DNA of 64,000 nt, taken from assembly GCA_044426085.1 (NCBI GenBank), contig JAWXUU010000005.1, forward strand, positions 40,598 through 104,597, written 5' to 3'. The DNA is from Bacillota bacterium (GTDB lineage Bacteria > Bacillota > Clostridia > Christensenellales > CAMQZB01). Made by a program: the position numbers and the translations under genes. The notes under the pieces were generated by a model. It was not told the origin of the DNA, did no database searches, and saw only the letters and a list, made by a program, of their open reading frames with translations. Shown here one piece after another: positions 17,982-23,971 of the stretch (positions are counted from its first letter, which is position 1; every line of letters starts with the position of its first letter).

Positions 17982-18956
17982 ATGAAAAACACACAAAAAG
18001 TTGAAAGATTTGATTATACAAAGATCGAATCGAGAGAAGATTTGAAATACTTTGGCATACATAAAAAATGTGGCAGAGTTATTATTGATACCGATAGGTA
18101 TCAAGAGATTCTTGAAGAGGATGGGATTGATAAATTTCTTCCTGTCGGTTTATTTGCCGATAGTAATGTATCATATTTCACGCCAAATAAGGTGAAACGG
18201 CATGACTATAAAATTAATATTTTTAGAGATTTAATATATAAACTCAAAAACGATTGGTTTGAAGAATACAAACCTATATTTCAAACAATTAAGTCGCCAG
18301 ATGAAGTGTATAATAGCACATTTCTGGATGCATTATCTGTTACGGGATGCTCGGAAGATTATGATAGCGTACAAGAAGAAGCTGTCATGGCGAAAATTAA
18401 AAGAATACCTACGTATAATTGGATTCTGCAAAATCTTTACTGCAGCTTTATATCAAAAATAACTGCAGAGATTGATAGATATGCATTCATAGTAATGGCT
18501 GAAATGGGTTATAAATCTACGGATTTTAGCATGCTTTCCTTTTTTCAATTTTCAGATGGATTACAAAAGGATAATAACGGGATAAAAATAAATAAATTAA
18601 AAAAATATAACGCTTATAATATGTTGCACAAAATTAATAATTTTTTGAAACATAACTCAATCGATTCGTATAACGAATTGAAAAAATATTATCCAGATAA
18701 TGTGCGCTCGCTAAAGAAAGATACAGCCAAGTCGGCATATCAAAATGGTATGTTTGCAGGAGATTGGATAGTCATAAAAGATGAGTATATAGATAATATT
18801 TTTGACAGTTTAATCTTATTTTTTGAAGATTATTGTAGAAAGTTTTTAAATGAAGATATGGATGACTCGATGTGGAACTACGATGAGTATTTTTTAGGCG
18901 CATACAAAGAGATTAAAAACTTGGATGTGTACTTTTATAAAGAGTATGGTTTTTAA
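17982..18956 (+). CDS. Hypothetical 324-aa protein (AT-rich cargo gene; candidate anti-phage function by context only)
   Basis: AGGAG RBS. Lys/Asn/Tyr/Asp-rich, no motif recognised. Bracketed by the duplicated terminator. Confidence 0.4.
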   Translation: MKNTQKVERFDYTKIESREDLKYFGIHKKCGRVIIDTDRYQEILEEDGIDKFLPVGLFADSNVSYFTPNKVKRHDYKINIFRDLIYKLKNDWFEEYKPIFQTIKSPDEVYNSTFLDALSVTGCSEDYDSVQEEAVMAKIKRIPTYNWILQNLYCSFISKITAEIDRYAFIVMAEMGYKSTDFSMLSFFQFSDGLQKDNNGIKINKLKKYNAYNMLHKINNFLKHNSIDSYNELKKYYPDNVRSLKKDTAKSAYQNGMFAGDWIVIKDEYIDNIFDSLILFFEDYCRKFLNEDMDDSMWNYDEYFLGAYKEIKNLDVYFYKEYGF

Positions 18957-18958
18957 TA

Positions 18959-19019
18959 TTATATAGTAAAGTACAAACACCCCTAGTGTAAGATGAAATT
19001 CTTCTGCTAGGGGTGTTTT
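18959..19019 (+). repeat. Copy 2 of the terminator-containing direct repeat
   Basis: See 17754-17815. Copy-to-copy distance is 1205 bp. Confidence 0.85.
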
Positions 19020-19036
19020 ATTTGTAGTTATTTTTA

Positions 19037-19918
19037 TTATATCCAAAGTGATAGGTCAACTTCTTTTGATATTCTTTTATAATAATTCTTGCCATCTTCG
19101 TGATAATCAAAAATGAATATTCCTATAAATTTATATCCCGCTTCTCCTAGTGCGTTTCTTGATTTGCCAAAGAGAATTCTGTTTGATGGTGTTCCACGTT
19201 CAAAGGATATTGAGTCTCTTGTGTCATTGACTTCGCACATTATTTCTTGATCTTCGGTCAATGTATTGACCCAACCTCGAGAAGAACCAGCTGTGGGCAC
19301 TCCATCAATTACGATTGCCATTTTGAGACACCAAAGATAATTTGTGCCATCTAAGTGGACGGAACTTTTCTGATAGCCTGTATAGTCCTTTCCGAAGCAA
19401 TTGGCAATTTCGTAAATTGTACTAAACGTTAAGTTGTCATCAACGTGGATTTTACCATTTTTTCTTGCAATTTCTGTTGGATTTTTGTCAACTTCCCAAG
19501 TGGAAAATTGCATGGTATTAATTCTGTGATTTATTATGTTTACGGCATTGTTAATTTGCTTTATGACATCATTGTAACTTAGGTCTGCACGTATGCGGAT
19601 CAAATCTTTTTCTACGTTGAAATTATTCAGAGCAGACAGAGCTGATTCAATACTGATTTCACGTTGTCTGTCGTGTGCTTTGTTTTCTTGATGATAAGAC
19701 TCGTCACATTCAATTGCTAAGTTAAGTTGGGGAAAATATAAATCAAGCAAAGAGTATTTGCCGTTACCTAAATTGACATACTGTTGGGAAACGGGTTGTA
19801 TATCATCACGATCCATTTTGTTCCAAATGGCGTTGATGATGAAATTCTCGTAGTCTTTCCTTTTTGTTCGAGAAAAAGTTTTGATTAAATAATTTAATTT
19901 TTTGTCAACAGCACTCAT
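19037..19918 (-). CDS. Putative PvuRts1I/AbaSI-family modification-dependent (5hmC / glucosyl-5hmC) restriction endonuclease
   Basis: 293 aa. N-terminal motif LLDLYFPQLNLAIECDESYH and C-terminal GYKFIGIFIFD...GKNYYKRISKEV match my memory of PvuRts1I (YLADLLFPQLNLYLEIDEAHH ... YRFLGVFQID...GKNIFKRINTKV). That protein is, as I recall, also 293 aa. This needs checking by alignment. Confidence 0.55.
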   Translation of the reverse strand: MSAVDKKLNYLIKTFSRTKRKDYENFIINAIWNKMDRDDIQPVSQQYVNLGNGKYSLLDLYFPQLNLAIECDESYHQENKAHDRQREISIESALSALNNFNVEKDLIRIRADLSYNDVIKQINNAVNIINHRINTMQFSTWEVDKNPTEIARKNGKIHVDDNLTFSTIYEIANCFGKDYTGYQKSSVHLDGTNYLWCLKMAIVIDGVPTAGSSRGWVNTLTEDQEIMCEVNDTRDSISFERGTPSNRILFGKSRNALGEAGYKFIGIFIFDYHEDGKNYYKRISKEVDLSLWI

Positions 19919-19940
19919 AATTCCTCCAAGATATTTGTAA

Positions 19941-19960
19941 AGCCACCTGCAAAGGTGGCT
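19941..19960 (-). terminator. Hairpin directly downstream of the tRNA
   Basis: AGCCACCT-GCAA-AGGTGGCT, a perfect 8-bp stem. Confidence 0.5.
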
Positions 19961-19964
19961 TTAG

Positions 19965-20039
19965 TGGTAGGCCCACCGGGAATCGAACCCAGAATTAATC
20001 CTTAGGAGGGATTTGTAATATCCGTTTTACTATGGACCC
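19965..20039 (-). tRNA. tRNA-Arg (anticodon CCU), CCA encoded
   Basis: Folded by hand. Acceptor GGGTCCA/TGGGCCT; D-arm GTAA-AACGGATA-TTAC; anticodon arm AATCC-CTCCTAA-GGATT; T-arm CTGGG-TTCGATT-CCCGG; then A-CCA. Confidence 0.9.
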
Positions 20040-20189
20040 ATATTTGATTTTTTTGATAGACTATACTCTTAATTTTTACAACACGGGTGAAAAATTGGGT
20101 GACAAGGTTTTGGTGACTTAATATTTATGCATAAAATATTGATTTTATGCGTTATATTGGCAGTTTATACGTCATATTATACATATATG

Positions 20190-20253
20190 CAAATTCGCAC
20201 AATCGCCCAGTTGGCTTAGGAGGGGGCTGTTATATCCATTTAACTATGGAAGC
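20190..20253 (-). pseudogene. Decayed tRNA-Arg(CCU)-like paralog
   Basis: The 5' half GCTTCCATAGTTAAATGGATATAACAGCCCCCTCCTAAG is ~80% similar to the intact tRNA up to the anticodon loop. The 3' side of the anticodon stem, the T-arm and the acceptor 3' strand no longer pair. Confidence 0.45.
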
Positions 20254-20376
20254 TTGTTTGGTGGGGTGAATTTATTGGGGTTTGTTATATTGACTTTATA
20301 TTTATGGCGTATTATTAACACTATAAACTATTATATATCATATTTTCGCAAAAATCAAGCGTATTGGCGGGTTTTG

Positions 20377-20600
20377 GGGCGTGGCTTTTGAAACTGCATT
20401 TTTGAAGCGGGGTTTTGAAATTGGACTTTCGAAGCTGTTTTTTGAAGTAGTGTTTGTGAAACCGTTCTTTCAAAACCGTTCTTTTGAAGTTCTGCTTTTG
20501 AAACTGCATTTTGGGCGCGCGAATGCTGTCGTGAAATGGCGAAGAATTTTGCTTGGGCAGATATTCTTATCAAACGGCGGATATTCTTGCAATTTGGGAT
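20377..20600. repeat. Non-coding region packed with short direct repeats (TTTTGAA-type motifs)
   Basis: GCTTTTGAAACTGCATTTT occurs twice (20384, 20494), ACCGTTCTTT twice (20461, 20475) and GATATTCTT twice (~20560, ~20579), plus about 8 TTTGAA(A/G) motifs. Confidence 0.6.
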
Positions 20601-20687
20601 TTAATATGATAAAATAACAGGTGTGGCATTGCCACGGTACTAATGAAATTTATCGCGGACGCGAGACATATATTTTTGGGAGGGACT

Positions 20688-23327
20688 ATGAAAAACAAGA
20701 TTTTTCGTTCGGCAATTGCAGTGATTTTGATTTTTGCAATGACATTCACGCTTGTGGCGTGCGGAAGCGACACGGCTGTGCAAACGACAACAGCGCCTAC
20801 AACTGCGCCAACTTCAGCACCAGAGGTTGAAGTGACAACTTCGGGGGCTGCGACAGCTACGCCAACAGTGACGGACACAAAAACTGAAGTTTCCGACGAT
20901 TTTTCTTTGAAGGCTAGCGGGGTTGATGGCGTTTTTGGCACTGACTTAGAAGATGACGACGACGTTGAAATTTCCCCAGGCTATTTCAAGATTTCATGGG
21001 ACAGCGAAGAAGCGCAAGATCAGCACTATGCACTAGATTTTGAAATCGACCTTTCAGGCGATGATGATGATTATTCATTCATAATTTCAATTCCTGCGGG
21101 CAACTCTTCTGCCACTCCAACATATGATATTGGAAGCTCGGTGGATAACACTTTTTCCGCAAGCACAGTATATGACGACGCATATCAAGCGACAATCGAC
21201 ACTCTTGTTGTTGTGCTTTATGAAGATTATATAATCATTCAACTTGAAAACGCCGACGAATACGAACTTTCCGCTGATGTGACAGTGACAGACAAAGCTG
21301 TCGACTACGGCGCTTGGAACGAAGAAGATGAAACAGAATTTGAATTTTCGCTTTCTGCAGAACTTGAAATTGAAAAAGAAGAAATAATAATAGAAATTGC
21401 CCCTGCTGTTATCAAAGCTGGCGAATATGAATTGCAAGTTTTGGCTGCGGGCACATATGATAGCAGTGTGAAATATTGGTACGACCAAGGCTTCACACCA
21501 AATTCTGACGGCGACACAATCGCAACAACTGTATACTTCCCAGAATATTTCGAGTTTGGCGGATACTATATTTCCCTTGAATATGAAATTGACTACACAA
21601 AAGAAGCCAGCGTTGGCTCGTACGCTGTTTCAATAACAGAATCATACAAAATTGGCACGCTAGACACAAGAGGTGATTTGGTTTACACAAACACTGTTTA
21701 TGACGATCTTGACGATTTGAACGACAACTTTGCAAACTATGAAATAACAGCGGTGAAAGACACTGCAGTTTACGTTATTTCGGAATATGACTATACAGAA
21801 CTTGCCGACGTGATCACTTCTATTGCGGAAATTGATTATACAAGTTTGAATGGCTTTTTTATAAATGGCAACATCGAAGTTCAACTTCCACTTGCAATTT
21901 CAAGATACAACGCACTTTCAACTTATCAAAAAGCGTTTCTTGATACTTTTGCCGATATAACATTCACAAACGTTTCAAAAAGCAATGTGGGTGCGTTTTT
22001 AGTTGATGCTATCGCAAATGACGACATTGATTATGTGACTGGCGAAATTTCTAGCACTGACGCTATTGCATACCGAGAATATATGGACTTTGCAATAGAA
22101 GCTTACGCGGATTACGCAGTGTACACTGCTTTTGATGAATATGCAGAAGATTCAGACTTGCCAAAAAATGGCGAAACTTTCAATATTTACAACAGCAATC
22201 ACACTTCAAGCTTCAACTTGGTGGACAGCTATTTCAACAATCTTTCTGATGACGATCAAGATGTTATAAAAACTGAGAATTCAGCATGGTATCAATCGTA
22301 TAAAAATGCCTATGATGATATCAAGGAATCGGAAATCGACAGCGTTGAACAACTTATTGTTGCAGCATACCAAGCTTATATCAAGGCACTCACAAACGGC
22401 GCTGATATCATATATCAACACAGCGATACAGCAGACGAAGTTGCTACGCAATGGGCATATATTTATTCAGAAGAAACACAGCTTCTAACAGCAAAGGCAA
22501 AAACTGCTTTTGATGCACTTTCAGAAGAGCAACAAGATTTCATGCAAGACATGAGTTATGAGCCATTGATAATAAACTACTACAATGCTTCTTCAGCAAA
22601 TGTGGTGGTGTTCAAATCAATGCAAAACACAGTGTATAACGCACTTGATTTGCTTGTGGAAATGGACGAAATGGTTGAAATTATGGTTGAAATTTGTCAT
22701 TATGTCAACATTGAAGACTATTCAACATCAATAATTCCATACACAAGATTGAATATGCTTGTATACGGTGGCGGTTATGGTGTTGGCTTATATTTCCCAA
22801 CATATTCTGAAACTGATGGAGCACAAGATTATAGATACGCAATGCAAGACCTTATAAACGCGCCAACAAGAAACTACGATGCGATTATCGCGGAATATAA
22901 AGAGTGGGCAACTTACATCACTGAGGTTGAAGTTTATAAAAATACAGCACTAATAGAATTTATGTCACAAATTTCTGCCGAAGCGAAGAAACTTGACGAA
23001 GATGATTATTCAAGCTACGTAATAAGTGGGGTTGCCGACACAAGTAACGCTGTTGCATGGCGTATTGTTGCGGCAATTATGTATGAAGATATCAGTGCTT
23101 ATATGGAATCACATGACGGCACATATGTTCTTACTGGTGAGTATGCACCTTCACTTTTCGATGCAACAGCAATCATTTTGACAAATGAAGATGTCGTTCC
23201 GTTCTTCTATGCAGGGTTCCTTAATGATAAAGATAACTTTGAAGACGTATACGAAAGCTATGACGACTTTATGGATGTCGACGATATTTTGGATTCATAT
23301 ATGGATGCGGTTTTGACAAATAATTAA
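20688..23327 (+). CDS. Large acidic lipoprotein, unknown function
   Basis: Signal peptide plus lipobox MKNKIFRSAIAVILIFAMTFTLVAC; a Thr/Ala/Pro linker; ~850 aa rich in Asp/Glu/Tyr. The start is moved to ATG 20688 (GGAGG upstream). Confidence 0.7.
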   Translation: MKNKIFRSAIAVILIFAMTFTLVACGSDTAVQTTTAPTTAPTSAPEVEVTTSGAATATPTVTDTKTEVSDDFSLKASGVDGVFGTDLEDDDDVEISPGYFKISWDSEEAQDQHYALDFEIDLSGDDDDYSFIISIPAGNSSATPTYDIGSSVDNTFSASTVYDDAYQATIDTLVVVLYEDYIIIQLENADEYELSADVTVTDKAVDYGAWNEEDETEFEFSLSAELEIEKEEIIIEIAPAVIKAGEYELQVLAAGTYDSSVKYWYDQGFTPNSDGDTIATTVYFPEYFEFGGYYISLEYEIDYTKEASVGSYAVSITESYKIGTLDTRGDLVYTNTVYDDLDDLNDNFANYEITAVKDTAVYVISEYDYTELADVITSIAEIDYTSLNGFFINGNIEVQLPLAISRYNALSTYQKAFLDTFADITFTNVSKSNVGAFLVDAIANDDIDYVTGEISSTDAIAYREYMDFAIEAYADYAVYTAFDEYAEDSDLPKNGETFNIYNSNHTSSFNLVDSYFNNLSDDDQDVIKTENSAWYQSYKNAYDDIKESEIDSVEQLIVAAYQAYIKALTNGADIIYQHSDTADEVATQWAYIYSEETQLLTAKAKTAFDALSEEQQDFMQDMSYEPLIINYYNASSANVVVFKSMQNTVYNALDLLVEMDEMVEIMVEICHYVNIEDYSTSIIPYTRLNMLVYGGGYGVGLYFPTYSETDGAQDYRYAMQDLINAPTRNYDAIIAEYKEWATYITEVEVYKNTALIEFMSQISAEAKKLDEDDYSSYVISGVADTSNAVAWRIVAAIMYEDISAYMESHDGTYVLTGEYAPSLFDATAIILTNEDVVPFFYAGFLNDKDNFEDVYESYDDFMDVDDILDSYMDAVLTNN

Positions 23328-23370
23328 TTGAAAAGCCAACAAACAAAATAAACAAAATAAACAACAATAA

Positions 23371-23407
23371 AAAGCCGAGCGGAAAAGCTTGGCTTTTGAT
23401 TTTTTTA
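23371..23407 (+). terminator. Rho-independent terminator
   Basis: AGCCGAG-CGGAAAAG-CTTGGCT followed by a T-run. Confidence 0.6.
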
Positions 23408-23520
23408 AAAGACAACATATGCAAAAATATAAATATGTCGATATGTGATGTTTGAATATGTGCACTTATGTAAAGTTTTTGCATGTTACAAAAAAAGATA
23501 CAACAAAACGCTAAAAACAG

Positions 23521-23549
23521 TTGACAAATTTTTTTGTGGTGGGTATAAT
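23521..23549 (+). promoter_or_regulatory. Sigma-A promoter
   Basis: TTGACA, 17-nt spacer, TATAAT (both hexamers consensus). Confidence 0.8.
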
Positions 23550-23577
23550 AGCAACAATAAACCAAATATATAAACAC

Positions 23578-23847
23578 GTATGAGAAAAGACGCGGGAATG
23601 ATTTTAACGCTTTTCAGAGAGCAAACGTCAGGTGAAAGTTTGCAAGCTAGATTTTATTTTTATCCCTTTTCCAGTGGAGCAACCCAAAGAGCAATCGAGT
23701 AGGGGGCTACGGAATGGCACCGTAAAACTGCCAAGGACTTGTTAGAGTCTATTGAGTGGGCAAAGCTTGAAACTTTGTCAATTTGGGTGGTAACGCGAAT
23801 TTTTCGTCCCAATGAAATGCTAGGGCATATTCATTGGGGCTTTTTTA
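23578..23847 (+). promoter_or_regulatory. T-box riboswitch leader (tRNA-sensing transcription attenuator)
   Basis: GA-motif region ATGAGAAAAG, AG-bay AGAGAG, distal loop GGTGAAAG, T-box sequence AATTTGGGTGGTAACGCG (23780-23797), then terminator CCCAATGAA...TTCATTGGGG plus TTTTTT. Confidence 0.8.
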
Positions 23848-23914
23848 TTACCCCAAAAATGCAAGCATGGTTTATAAAAAGCAGTTTTCAAAAGTTATAA
23901 AACTTTGATAATAA

Positions 23915-23946
23915 ATGAAATTAATATGAAATTAATATGAAAATTA
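23915..23946 (+). repeat. 11-bp tandem ATGAAATTAAT x ~2.8 between the T-box terminator and the start codon
   Basis: Units at 23915-23925 and 23926-23936, plus a partial unit at 23937-23946. Confidence 0.6.
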
Positions 23947-23971
23947 CTAGGAAAAAATAAGGAGAAACAAA

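Larger units (their letters stand above)
1..19964. mobile_element. Integrated siphovirus-type prophage, right-hand part (head completion, tail, fibres, accessory module, holin, excisionase, integrase, two cargo genes). The left end lies outside the window.
   Basis: Unbroken + strand run of morphogenesis genes in canonical order, ending in excisionase plus tyrosine integrase. A tRNA whose 3' end faces the integrase follows. The right boundary (somewhere between 17745 and 19964) is unresolved because no att repeat is visible in the window. Confidence 0.8.

Noticed and set aside
20190-20253. A second functional tRNA gene
   Set aside because: The acceptor 3' strand, the T-arm and the 3' half of the anticodon stem cannot be paired, so I kept it only as a tRNA-derived pseudogene or remnant.
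20321-20617. Three overlapping 62-78-aa ORFs in the repeat-rich region upstream of the lipoprotein gene
   Set aside because: They are mutually overlapping on both strands and are generated by TTTGAA-type repeats. None has an RBS, so I treat the region as non-coding.
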